NCBI GenBank assembly: GCA_029717555.1
Contig: JAMDHS010000001.1
Location: 434,001-498,000, forward strand
Direction of reading: 5' to 3'
Length of the DNA: 64,000 bases
Source of the DNA: Peribolospora baueri
Taxonomy: Eukaryota
The notes under the pieces were generated by a model. It did not search any database. It worked only from the letters and a program-made list of their open reading frames with translations, and was not told the DNA's origin. A program made the position numbers and the translations under genes. Shown here in pieces: positions 24,532 to 36,900 of the stretch (the first letter of the stretch is position 1; every line of letters starts with the position of its first letter).

Positions 24532-27500
24532 CTACGGTCCCAAGTTCGCCTTCTTGCTGAGCTGATCCGCCAGCTCGGCGACCTCCTTTTTGAGACTCTG
24601 CAAAGTGAGCACCTCGGACTGCAGATTCGCGCCCGTCTCGGCATGGTCGACTCCGCCGTCGGCCTTCTGGGTCGTCTTGAGGTCGCGCACTTTCTCGCCT
24701 TGCGCTTTGATCTGGAATGGCAGAAGCGGGGACGAAGGAAGAGATCAGTGAAAAGGTTGGTTGCGCTCTCAAAGGTTCAAACCATACAGCACGAGAAAGC
24801 GATATGACACTCACCTTCGCTTCGAGCGCCACCAGCTCGGGGAACTGCGCGCGGAGCGCCTCCATGGCCTTTTCGTTATCCCCCGCCGCCTTCTTAGCTG
24901 CCTCCTTGGCCGCCTTCTGCGCCTTCTTCTTGCTCACGGGAGGCTTCTCCTCCCCGTCCCCGCTGGGTTTTTTGGGCGCGCCTCCGAACTTCTCCCTCCA
25001 CGTCTGCTCCATCTTTTCGTCGACCCTCTTAAAGAGGTACTCAGGCTTGCCGATCTTGTGTCCGGGCAAAAGGTCCACGCTGAAGCGTTCCGGAACCGCC
25101 CGCGCAGGAGCGTCGAGCTGCCGCAGGATGCCGTCACTGGTCGAAGGCATGAAGGGGTGGAAGACAGCGCTGAGCGCGTAGATGAGGTTGATGGCCTTCA
25201 GCACGACCGCGTCGCAGACGGCGCGGTTCGACGCGAAGAGTGTGTTGTCCAAGCGAGATTCTTGGAGGTACTGATTACCGCGCGCCGACAGAGACATGGC
25301 GATTGACAGTCCCTGACGGAGCTTGACCGCGTCCATCGTGTCGATGTACGAGGACAAGAGTTCGTTGACATCCTTTGCAAAAGCGTCATTTTCGGGCTGC
25401 TCCCCCGCGGGCACGTCCGCAGCTTCGGGCAGCACGCTGTCGTATTTCGCGACGACGAATTTTATGACCTGGACGGGACGGGGGGACCAAAGCCCGCATG
25501 TAAGCCTTCGGAGAGCCCTTCATGTTCACGCTTGGCTCAGGAGAGCTACTTACCCGGTTGACAAAGTTGCCAACGTTGTTCAACAGCTCCGCATTGTTCC
25601 TGGAAATGAAGTCCTTCCAGGCAAACTGACTATCGCTCGCTTCCGGTCGGTTGGCCATGAGATAGTACCGCCACACGCTCGGGGGCACGCCAGTCAGGGA
25701 GGGAGAGTTGCCGAAGACGCCAATATTTCGAGATTTGGAGAACTTTCCGCCCTCGTATTGGAGGTATTCTGTAGACACAGGGAAAGGACAATGGCGTGAG
25801 ATAGCTACCTCGGTGAGTGACGACCAAGTTCCCTAAACTGGCGAAGTTTACCTGTCGTGCTGATATGATGAAGCTTAGTCCACTTGTCGCCACAGCCGAT
25901 CAAGCAGGCGGGGAAGATTACGGAGTGAAAGCGCACATTGTCCTACAGTGGGCAGCCTCAATGAGATGATAGTGAGCGACGAGCGAGAAATAGAGACGAA
26001 GGCCAAGCCTCAGCACTCGTTGACATCGTGCTCACCTTGCCCATGAACTGATAGAGCTTCACGTTATCGGGATCTTTCCACCACTTTTCCCACTCGTCCG
26101 TGTAATTAGCCGTGATGCTGGGGTATCCGATGGGTGCATCAAACCAAACGTAGAGCACCTTCTCTTCCATGCCCTTGACAGGTACAGGCACGCCCCACTT
26201 AAGGTCCCTCGTGATGCTGAACGGCTTGAGACCCTCGCGGAACCAAGAGTCGGTGATCATTTTCCCATTCGCGGACCACTTGCCCTCCGCATAAGCTTGC
26301 TCTGCCCATTTCTCCGTCGGCGGCTGGAGGAGGTCCATGCGGAGGAACATGTGGAGAGAGTCGCGCTTGACCGGCGGGGTGCCATCCAGCTTACAGCGAG
26401 GCTTGACCAGGTCGACAGCGTCGAGGAGCTGCCCACATGAGTCGCACTGGTCTCCGCGAGCGTCCTTTGGGCAAATCAGAACAGCAAACACGTCTCGGTT
26501 AAGGATGCTGACCTTGTATGCGGTATGCAGAATGTGGGACTCACATCATAGCCACATTTCGGGCATGTACCCTCGACGTAACGATCGGCAAGGAATCTGC
26601 CGAAGAGACGGAAGTTTAGATGAGTGGCCCACTACGCCGAGTTACACATTTCGGAAGAGTTGGAAGGCTCACCTTCGGCAGCCCTCACACCACAGCTGCT
26701 GCATCGACCGCTCCTCGAGATAGCCGTTGTTGAGCAGCTGTAGGAAAATCTCCTGGGCAATCCTGGCGACGATGGACGAACGTGTGAATGTTCAAAAGAA
26801 CTTCTTTTTTGACACTCCCCTCCCTATCGTTCGTTCCTCTAATAGGACGTTGAAATGCACGGCTCCACTCACTCGGTCTGCTTCGGCGTGGTAGTCCTCC
26901 CAAAGTAATCGAATCCGATCTCGAACCATTCATAGACCTCCTTATGCAAAGCATTATATTTGTCGCACAAAGACTTTGGGTCCGTCTTTTCCTCCAATGC
27001 CTTGGTCTCCGTCGCCGTGCCATACTCGTCCGTGCCGCAGACGTAGAGAGTGCGGCGGTTCCGTGTGCGGCTGTAGCGGGCGTAGACGTCAGCGGAAAGG
27101 GTGGAGCCAATGATGTTGCCTGTTGAAAGAAAGGTGGGTTCCAGACACGGGAAAGAAGGTAGCGAGTAGGTGAAAGAGAGGAAAAATGACAGGTGGTCTC
27201 AGCTCAATGCAAACAAGCCAGCTGTAGGTGCAGGTGCAGAGGAGATCGGAGGAGGCGCATCCACAGACCAAGGTGAGGTACGTTGTTAACATAGCTAGAA
27301 AGCGCAAATACCAGTATATGGGAGGGATTCATCAGCATTGGTCTCCAAACGAATACGATATCGCCACCAAGCTGTCAAGAGACACTCACGGAAGGGCGGA
27401 GGTGATCAGCACATTCTTCTCGCCCTTTACGGGGAGACTTGAAGAAGCAATAGCACGTCCAACGACAAGGTCAGCGCCGGCTGCTCTCGCGGGGAACAAT

Positions 27501-27672
27501 TGCACTTTGTAGTAGGAAGTAGTGACGCTTCAGATCTTGGTCTCGATGGACTGGACGGCACTCACATGGGTCCCTTGGCCGCATCGTCGGTGGCCCTCAT
27601 GAGCACGCCCGGAGCATCTCGCACCTTCCTCGTTTCCGAGGGCGGCAAGACAACGGGGAAGGGCGAGGCCAT
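24532..27672 (-). CDS. MES1: Cytosolic methionyl-tRNA synthetase with C-terminal WHEP-like domain (multi-exon)
   Basis: [69 protein letters not shown] and C-terminal [12 protein letters not shown]. Confidence 0.96.
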
Positions 27673-28277
27673 GTTGAGGTATCGATGTACACCTGGGCTC
27701 TTTAACGTGGCGGCTGACGGCAACGGCGAGGGGGCAAGGATGGAAGGCGAGGACAGAGATCTGTCGAGCTCGTCCGCCGCCTGCTCGTGTATCCGATCCG
27801 AATTCGAAGGACTTGACTCGGTGCACGTGACTTGGCTTGGAACCACGTGCGGGGCTCTGCTGCAGCGAGTGTCCAAGGTGACCAGCGCTAGTGACGTTAA
27901 ATATTCTCTGATCCAAGAAACTGGATGCCTGACTCAGGCACAGCACCAGAGCCGATACAAACATCTGCGCTCGTTCGTCCTTTGAACAGACGTAGCGACG
28001 GACACTCCGCTTCGTTTTTTGTTCTGTCGCTCTTATCGCTCGCGCCGTCCATGCAAGACGGAATCGTCCACGGCGCCGTCGTTGCCGCACGGTATGCTGC
28101 GGCACTCCATGTACGCCGCAACCGCGCCCGGCGAGATAACCCGGCAACGGTGCTCGAGCGCACAGTGAAACGACCACGATCTCCAATCCGCGGCCGACCA
28201 AGGCCCTACTGCTCACCGGCGTGCTGCCCGTCACCGGCGTCTTTGTCTTCTGACGTCTGCTGATTTTACAGGGCGCC

Positions 28278-28922
28278 ATGACTCGCGTGCTTCTCACCGG
28301 ATTCGAGCCGTTTAACGGCGAGGGCGTCAACCCGTCTGAGCAAGCAGTCGCTGCCGTCGCCGCCAACCCACCGCCCGGTCTCGACATCGTTACTGCCCGG
28401 CTGAGCTGCACCTTCGGGCTTGCCCTCGATGAACTGCGTGCCGCCATCAACCAGACCGAGCCGGACCTGGTCATCTGTACCGGCCAGGCCGGTGGCCGCC
28501 CGAACGTGACGGTGGAGCGCGTCGCCGTCAACATCGACGATGCGCGCATCCCGGATAACGCCGGCCGCCAGCCTATCGACCAGCCGGTCGTCGAGGGTGG
28601 CCCGGCCGCATACTTTGCCGCCCTCCCCGTCAAGGCCTGCGTCGCAGCGGTGCGCGCCGCCGGGGTGCCTGCTTCTGTTTCTCAGACCGCAGGCACCTTC
28701 CTTTGCAACCACGTCTTCTACGGGCTGATGCACCTGATCGCGACCGAGCGTCCGACGCTGCGTGGCGGTTTCGTCCACATCCCGTACTCCCCTGAGCAGG
28801 TCCTCGACCGCGCTGCGCCCTCGCTCTCGATTACCCTCGCCGCTGATGCACTGCGCGCCATCGCCTCTACTGCGGCAGCAACCACTACAGACATCGTCAT
28901 GGTAGGCGGATCTACGCACTGA
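28278..28922 (+). CDS. pcp: Pyroglutamyl-peptidase I (peptidase C15), bacterial-type with an intronless core
   Basis: VLLTGFEPF..NPS, GQAGGR..VTVERVAVN.DDARIPDNAG.QPID, AGTFLCNHVFY, GGFVHIP. Catalytic triad E80/C143/H167 is intact. Confidence 0.95.
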   Translation: MTRVLLTGFEPFNGEGVNPSEQAVAAVAANPPPGLDIVTARLSCTFGLALDELRAAINQTEPDLVICTGQAGGRPNVTVERVAVNIDDARIPDNAGRQPIDQPVVEGGPAAYFAALPVKACVAAVRAAGVPASVSQTAGTFLCNHVFYGLMHLIATERPTLRGGFVHIPYSPEQVLDRAAPSLSITLAADALRAIASTAAATTTDIVMVGGSTH

Positions 28923-30223
28923 CACCATAGGCACATGGCTGGTCGTTAGCGGTTTTGGGTCGACCGACCATGACGACACCTTCATCGAGAACGTGGCGAT
29001 TACCTCGGGGTGCTCGACCTTGGGCTGGAGCCGCACGAGCCGATCCTGACGGACCGGATCTATGCGCTGAAGATGGATACCGTCGTTGCTACCAACGCGC
29101 AGCTGGAACGCGCCGTGACGCACCCGTCCTGGTCGTCCTGACCACCGTATACCTTGGCGAGGACGGAATGTGCGTGACTGGCGTCATCTCGCCCAAGCAG
29201 TCTATCGCGCCGAGCGCGTCAACATGTTTCCCGCCCAGGCCAAGCCCGTCGACAGGTGACCAGGCCCGGCAACCCATCTTTCTGACACGCTGGTCTTCCG
29301 ATTCCGTCCAAGAGGAGAGCGGCTCGGATAAGTCGGAAAAGTGATTGCCTTGCCTTCCCAAGCCGATATGTTGTCGGTCTTCCCACCACGAACGATTTGA
29401 AGGAAGACGAGGTTATAGATAGTATATTCCATTCTATTTCACAGTGTCATCATCACACATGGCCCCGCATTGTCGTGAACAATGTTGAAGAATAGCTTGC
29501 GCGCTCTTACTTCGACGGTCCCGTGGGACGGTCTTGGGAGACGATTGTCCTCGGCCGGAGAAACCTTTAAGACGGACGAGAATGAAGGACCGGAGGCGAG
29601 AACGAGCGACGCACAGTATCCTCCGTAATTTTTGTGTTTTTTTATCTATATTTTTTGTCAATACCAAGACGGTGAGAATCTACCAGCCATTGACGGCGAG
29701 TCATGTCAGCTTGACCTTCATGCAGAAAAGATCGACTTGCGAGATCTCAGAGAGAACCGTAAGCGACAATGAACTGATGAAGCATGACAGGGGGCTTCAG
29801 TGCGAAAAGAGATCGTCCGAGAGTTCGTGAGCTGGGTTGAATTGAGGACGACGTGGGCAAAGACCAGACTTTGATCGTTGCGCCAGCGAAGTCGGGCGAT
29901 AGACAATGGTATGGAGACGAGAAGGGACGTTGTTTTGCAAAGCGCGTTCGCAAAGTTGTCCATGGTAGTGTGGGAGGGGCTCGGCGTTATACAAAATCGG
30001 CATCCAGCGTAGCTTGGTAGGGGTGTCTGGCGCGGTGATGATCGCCGCCTACCCACCCGTCTGTTCTCTCCGCGTTGTGACCAGCTGCTTCGGTGACGGC
30101 AAGGGCACCGGGAGTCGAGTATCATGCATGACCTCCGTGGGGAGTCGTCCAGAGTAATCTAACTTGAATAGTAGATTTGGTGGGAAGGGAAGCTGACGCG
30201 GAGATCGTAACTTGGCGGTCCGG

Positions 30224-31094
30224 TCATTCCTCGTCATCGCTGTTCTCGTCAGGCCTTCTAAACACTACGCCCGCGCCTTCGCCCGCGCCACCAGCTAACT
30301 TCCTCCTCTTGGCCCCGCCGCCTCGGTCGTCCTCATTCTCCTCCCCCTCGCCATCGCCAGAAACGCCTGCCCCCGCAGCCTCCCTGACAGCCCTGACGGC
30401 GGCTTCTGGATCTTCCCCAGCCTTGAGCGCCTTGGCCCTCGCCTGGGCCTCCTTCTTCTTCTGACGCTTCAGGCGGTTCTTCGATGTCCTGGCATCTGCC
30501 GCCGCTTCGCGCTCCGCTTGGGCGCGGGCGAAGGCGGTCTCTTGTTCTTCCTGGTGGCAGGGATAAACAAAAGGGGAAAAGGATGTGGCGAGAAAGACGA
30601 CAGTGTGAGCGGGACAAAAAAATGAAGTGGGTTAATGGATCGTTAAGGCTCCTCAAACCATTTCTGCCATCCTGTCCAGTCCCTATCCGGCACGCTTCGC
30701 TCGCCAGGCCGCCACTTCAACTCACCTTCTTGGCCTGCTCTTCCATCAAACGCAGCCTCTCATACTCCCTCCTCCTGGCGTGCTTGTAAACGTGAAACTC
30801 GCCGGACCCGGCACCGGCGCTGGACCCACTGACGTTCTTCATCATCTCCCGCGGAGGGCGAATGGTCTTTTCCTTGGGCGGCTTGGGCAAGTGGATCTGT
30901 CTATCCGGGCGGGCAAGGAGCCTGGCTACCTGAGCGGCTTGGTAGTCGCGCGCCGTTTGGGCATGTCGCGTGGAGGGGAGGCGAGGGGAAGGGGAGGCGG
31001 AGGCGGAGGCGGAGGGCGTATTGGAGTCGGAGGTCGACCCAGTGGCAGGGACGGGTGATCGACGCGCGGGGGAAGAGGGCGATGGAGAAGCCAT
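30224..31094 (-). CDS. PRKR-interacting protein 1-like (DUF1168) spliceosome-associated protein
   Basis: PREMMKNVSGSSAGAGSGEFHVYKHARRREYERL; one intron; second exon RTSKNRLKRQKKK ending ..NSDDEE-stop. Confidence 0.9.
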
Positions 31095-31988
31095 GGCGAG
31101 AGGGGCGCGTAGGTCTCGTTTTTTCCTGCGTTCGGCACTTGCTCGACGAAAACGTAGCTCGTCCTTTCGCAGAAGCTGGATCAGTTAACTGGTCGGTCGT
31201 CGTTCGCGTGGACGACGGTTTGGACGTCGGACGGTAGCCGTTCGTCACGAACTGCGGCGAGTGCGACTGTCTTATCGCGACTGGACTATTCGGACTGTCC
31301 CCTCTTTCCTGCTTCGATTCCGGTTCGCAAGCGTGACGGCCACACAACTTTTTTGTCACCTCACATCCTCGATGCAGGCCTGACCTGGCGGGTCTAGATC
31401 CGTCCGCGCTTGAACGCACACGCACGCCATCCAAGATCCGTCCGCGCCCGATTGCGAGCCAGGACGAGGACGACAAAGATGGAGTTGTGGGTGGGCAGCT
31501 CGTATTCGCCTTTCGCCAAGCGCAAAGCGACGTTGAGAGTTGAAATGGGGCCATGTTGAGCCGAGATCGCGCGGCGTGGCTGGCTAGCCGCCTCGAACCC
31601 GGCCACTCGACCAAGTACACTTGATGTTGATCGTGGGGTGTTGGCTCTGGATGGACTCTCTTGGCGTGGCTCTCTCCTTGCTCAACCGCGAGCTACATAC
31701 CTTGCCAGTTAGTCTGTCGACCCAACCCGACCCTGTCTTGAGTCGTCGGGGGACGACACCAAACCATCCCCCAAATCCAGCGTTCCTTCTCTAGCCGTCC
31801 ACCGCCTCCCTCCCCCCTTCTTCCCCGCCGGCCGTCCTACTCACCCCAGCGTCCTCACCGACAAAAGGCCAAGGGTTGCAGGCGTCGTTCGGCGCTCCTT
31901 CATTCGTTTGACACCCAGAACGCCCTTCAAAGCAAACTGACGCTCGTCGTCCACTCACTGTCACCCACCTCCATCCCTCTTTCTCGTC

Positions 31989-32939
31989 ATGCTCAGTGCC
32001 CTCACAATATCTTGTTCTTTCATCCTCCTCGCCCAGCTCGCCGTCGCCGCACCTTTCGGTGACGGTACCGTGTCGTGGAACACGCCCGCTGGGTTTCGCT
32101 ACGACAGCACCAGTGCCAGCGACTCCTACGCTCCCTCATTCGCCCCCTCTACGTCCAGGTACTCGGGGACGCTTCCAAGCCTGCCGTCCAATCTTTTCAG
32201 CGGCAGTGCCGACACCTCCGGTACGAACGCCGGGCCGGCATCCTCTGCATCGTTGTGAGTATCATCGGCGTAGCTCGGCGAGCTCCAGTGCCTCTAACGT
32301 CCTCTCATCGTCATCGAACATTCTCACAGCAGCTCCACTCAGGTCTCCCAACGCTCTATTATCATCATCGCCTCCATTCTAAGTGCCTTCGTTGTCTGTG
32401 TCTTCCTCGCAGGCGTTTTTCAGCGTCTTCGCTTCCGACGCGCTAGGGCAGCTGGCGCCGCCTCTTCCGGATGGACCAGGAACCCTAGCGAACCCGTCGC
32501 TCCTTCGACGGGCGAGGCAAGAACCGTAGACGTACTCGCACTACCTTTGCCGGCTCTTTCCTATGCTTCCAGAGGTGCGCCTCGCCCACCCGTGATCGCC
32601 TTGCCCTCTCGTGCGGCGAGGAGGCACGCCGCGAGACTGAACGCTCCCCGAGGATGGGATGACGATGAACGAGGAGGCGCGACGGACGACGATGAGGACG
32701 ACAGCTTCTTCGACGGCTTCTTCGCTGAAGCCTTTCGGCTGGACGCAAGGGATCGACAGGCGGCGATCGAGAGGACGCTGAGGATACAGGCAGAGAGAAG
32801 ACGGATGGTCGGAGTCGCTTCCACCGGCGGTGCCACCAGAGTGAACGGCACGCCCGAGGTGATGCTAAGGACGAGAGAGGGAGAGGACGAGAAGGCCGAG
32901 GAGTGGGTGGAACCGCCGCCGCCGTACGGTCGACGTTGA
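31989..32939 (+). CDS. Single-pass type I membrane protein with a Ser/Thr-rich ectodomain and C-terminal PPPPY motif
   Basis: Signal peptide. Intron 32255-32329 (GTGAGT..CTAAC..CAG) joins in frame to TM SIIIIASILSAFVVCVFLAGVF, basic stop-transfer QRLRFRR, and a tail ending EPPPPYGRR. Confidence 0.75.
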
Positions 32940-33973
32940 CTTGGCTCCCCATCTTGGCCTTGCGTCATCATTCCACCGCTCTTCCCCCTTTCGTTCCTCT
33001 TCTTTCTCCCAGAATACCTAGCTGGAGGTAGCCCAAAATATTCCCCCAGATTACCCACCGCACACGGCTTCTACCATTGTCCTTCTACAGCGTTCAACCC
33101 CCTAGCCATCCTTTCTCCTACCGTTTCGTCTTCACTGCTTACGACTCTGACGGTTTTATAATGTCCATGGCAGAGGCGACTGACTGGCACGACGCACCTT
33201 GTTCACGATCACGCAATGGACCACATCCTCATCGCCTCTCTCACCCTCACCCCTCCCTCCATTTGTCCCCCTCTTTTTATTTAAACTTGCGCATACATCA
33301 AAAAAGGAATCCAAGCCACATTGCATATCGAAGTTGGGCTCATCTCGGTTGCGCACGAAATGGCACCTCCCCTCCTCGTCCCCATCACCTTCTTCTCCCG
33401 CACCGGCCGCTCGATTGCATCCATGTCTTGGCTCCTCACATCGGGCTTGTATGAGTGGCCTCCTTGGGGATCGGACGGATCACGTGCATGGCTACACGCA
33501 TCGGAGGATGCCAACGACCGCGCACCTTCCACCCATCGATCTTACCACTCCTTCCTCCGTCCCTGCTGCTGCTGCTGGCTGAGCCCGGCTCGACTGGCGC
33601 GAACGAGAGTGGAAAGAGCATAGCAACAGGAAGCATTCCCCGGCACGGTCGGAGCAGGTCGGGATAGAGTGGCTCGCCAGCGGGGCGGGCGCTTACCTGC
33701 TATCCGACCATCGTGAGCGGGGATGCGGGGTTGTGAGTGACCCCGCAATCGCCCTTTCCTTCCATTCCGACCCACGGGGTGGTTGCAATTTAAGAGGGTG
33801 CAGTAACAGGTCTTCCTTCCCGACGCCGACGCCGACGTCTTCTCTTCCTCTTCTGTCTCATCTCCATTTCTTCTCTTCGCTACCTTCTTCTTGTCCGTGC
33901 ACAGTCCAGCGCTCCGCCTTGTCCGCCTGCACCACCTCCTGCTTGCGTAACGGCACGACTCGACCCTGACGTC

Positions 33974-36900
33974 ATGTCCCCCTCCGCGCCCCTCCATCCA
34001 GCTCGAGCGATCCACCAGCAAAGCTTGCGCGACCCCCAAGCCTTCTGGCTCAACGCCGCCAAGGACATCCATTGGGTCACCCCTCCCTCCCGCGCTTATG
34101 GGCGCAGCGAACGGACGGGGACGGAGGTGAGCATGAACGAGAGCGGGAGTGCGGGCGCTGGGCCGTTTGCGCGACCGCGGCGAGGTGGATGGAGGAAGGG
34201 AGCGAGGTGAATTGCTCAACCACCGATGCTGTCTTCCGGTCGCATCCGTCTTTGTGTCCCTGCACAGACGTGGTTCCCAAATGCGACCCTGAACACCTGC
34301 TACAACGCCCTGGACCGACACGTCTATCCGCCCGCTCACTCCACCTCCCCCGCCAGCCTCGCGCCTCCCGCCCACCCTCCTCTCGTACACCACGCCTCCA
34401 AACCATGCATCCACCACGTCTGCCCCCTCCCCGCTTCCACTTCGCCCTCGCGGACCATCTCCTACGGCGAGGCCCTCGAACAGGTCCAGCTCCTCGCCGG
34501 CGTCCTCCGCCATACGATGGGCGTCGGCAAGGGGGATCGCGTCGTCGTGTACATGCCCAACTCGCCCGAGGCGCTCTACGCTATGCTTGCCTGCGCAAGG
34601 ATCGGAGCCGTGCACTCGGTGAGTCCGACTTGGGAGGACGGAGAAAGCAGTGCTTGCAGACGTTTTCGGGGACGGGAGGAAGTAGGGCTCGCTGAACATC
34701 TCGCCGTTTCAGGTCGTCTTCGGCGGCTTCGCTGCACGCGAGGTGAGTCGTCAGGGTCGCCCACGAGCGACCGGGAAGAGGGCCGACGAAGGAGGAGGCT
34801 AATACGATGGTCCGCCGGCCTATCCCTATCCCCGTTTGTCGACTCTCAGCTCGCGAAACGAATCCAGGATTCGGGCTGCAAAGCTGTCCTGGCCTCTTCG
34901 TGTGGCCTAGAACCGAAAGCCGTGATCGAGTACCACCCACTGCTGGTCTCCGCGCTCCAGCAGTCGACGCACAAGCCTGACGCGTACCTCCTCTTCCGAC
35001 GCAATCACGTCCGCGGCCACGACCCTCCGTTGCCTCCTCGCCAAGGTTGGGCTGGAACGACGGCGAGGCAAGGCCTCCCGACGAAGCATCTGGATTGGGA
35101 GATGGAGATGCGCAAGATCAGAGCGGAGGGCAAAGAGGTCAGGCAGTGTGTAGAGATGGGAAGCGAGGAGCTCGCATACACGCTGTACACCAGCGGGACG
35201 TGAGTGAACAAGCCCCAAGTTCTCCCGAGTCGATTCGCAGTCACTCAAGCGCGTCGTTGCTTACCGCCCCGCTTCTCTCAACGCGTCGACGGACACACAG
35301 TACGGGCATGCCCAAAGGCGTCGTCCGCCAGACGGGCGGACATGCTGTCGGTGCGTCTGTCCTCCCTCATTGTGGTTGCCGTCTCGAAGACTCGTCACTG
35401 ACCGACGATCGGATCGATCCGTCTTCGCACTACCAGCTCTCCGGTACAGCATGGAAAACGTCTTTGGTATCCGACCACAAGATACCATGTTCACTGCATC
35501 GGACGTGGGCTGGGTCGTCGGTGCGTCGCGAGCTCGCTCGCCGGGCTGACCCCGGCGTACTGCACATGGCGGCGTCTTTGTCTCGACTGACTCTCCCCTC
35601 CGGGTCTCCCTTTTTGCAGGCCACTCTTACATCGTCTACGCCCCCCTTTTCCTCGGCTGCACCACCGTCGTCTTCGAGGGCAAGCCCATCGTGCCGGATG
35701 CCGGCGTCCTCTGGAAGATAGTTCAAGTGAGTTGGCTGCCCATTTTTCTGGACTGACTCCCATCGAATTGGCTCTCTGATCGACGAGCTCTCCCCCCCCC
35801 TCCCCCTTCAACAGGACCACCGCGTCTCAGCGCTCTTCACCGCTCCGACCGCGCTACGCGCTATCCGAAGAGAGGATCCGCAAGCCAGCCTGATGCGCAA
35901 GTCGGACCTCCGATGCCTCCGCACCCTCTTCCTCGCTGGCGAGCGCTCCGAGCCTCAGATAGTCAACGCCTACGTGCGTTTGCTTAGCGAGCTCGCGGCG
36001 CCGGGCTGTGTCGTCAATGACAATTATTGTGCGTGCCGTCAAGCATTGGTTCGCCAATCGTTAAAGTGGACTCACCCGTCGTCTTCTCTTCTCTGCGCGT
36101 CGTCGAGCAGGGTCGACCGAATCAGGCTCGCCGATCACTGCGCTGTCTCTCTCCGCCTCCCGGTCCTACGCGCCCATGCCGCCACGGCCAGGTGCGGCAG
36201 GATTACCGTTGCCCGGGATGGACGTGCGCGTCGTGGACGACGAGGGCAGGGAGTTACCCCCTGGACAGATGGGCAACTTGGTCCTCAAGACGCCGCTCGC
36301 GCCTTCGGCTCTTGGCGGACTGTGGAACAACCCCGAAGGCTTTGAGGGGTGAGTCAGCGAGCGCGGCCGGCCGGTCGTTCGAGACTTGTCAGACGATTCT
36401 CTCTGAGCGCGTCTTGTTCGTTTCGGCGTAGAGCCTACTTTGCCAAGTTTAGGGGTAAGGGCGACTGGTTCGTCATGGGCGACACTGGCATGATTGACGA
36501 AGATGGCTATGTGAGCGTCCTGAGCCGATCGGACGACATTATCAACGGTGGGTGTGTCGCTTCGCTCTGCTCCTCTCTCGAACCATGCTCTTCTGTCCCT
36601 GTGTGTCGCCTCACAACCCTTTCGCGGCGCCTCTCTTGCAGTGGCCGCTCATCGTCTCAGCACGGGACTGATCGAGCAGGTCGTCGGAGATCATGAAGAC
36701 GTCGTCGAGTGCTGCGTCGTGGGAGCGCCTGACAAGGTCAAAGGCAAGTCTCGGCGAGCCTTCTCCGCGGCACCGGCCCTACTTGGCTTGATCTGAACCT
36801 CTTAGGTCTTCTCGCCACCGGTCCCCTTCAGGTCAAACGCCTTTCGCCCTCGTCGTCCTCGCTTCCAGCTCTGAAGCCGCCTCCTCGCGCACCTCGCCGC

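Noticed and set aside
27530..28633. 367-aa minus-strand ORF
   Set aside because: Antisense shadow of the GC-rich pcp gene and its promoter; no domain.
31396..31447. 14-bp direct repeat AGATCCGTCCGCGC x2 in a divergent promoter
   Set aside because: Only two copies and not noticed elsewhere; cannot be distinguished from a local duplication.
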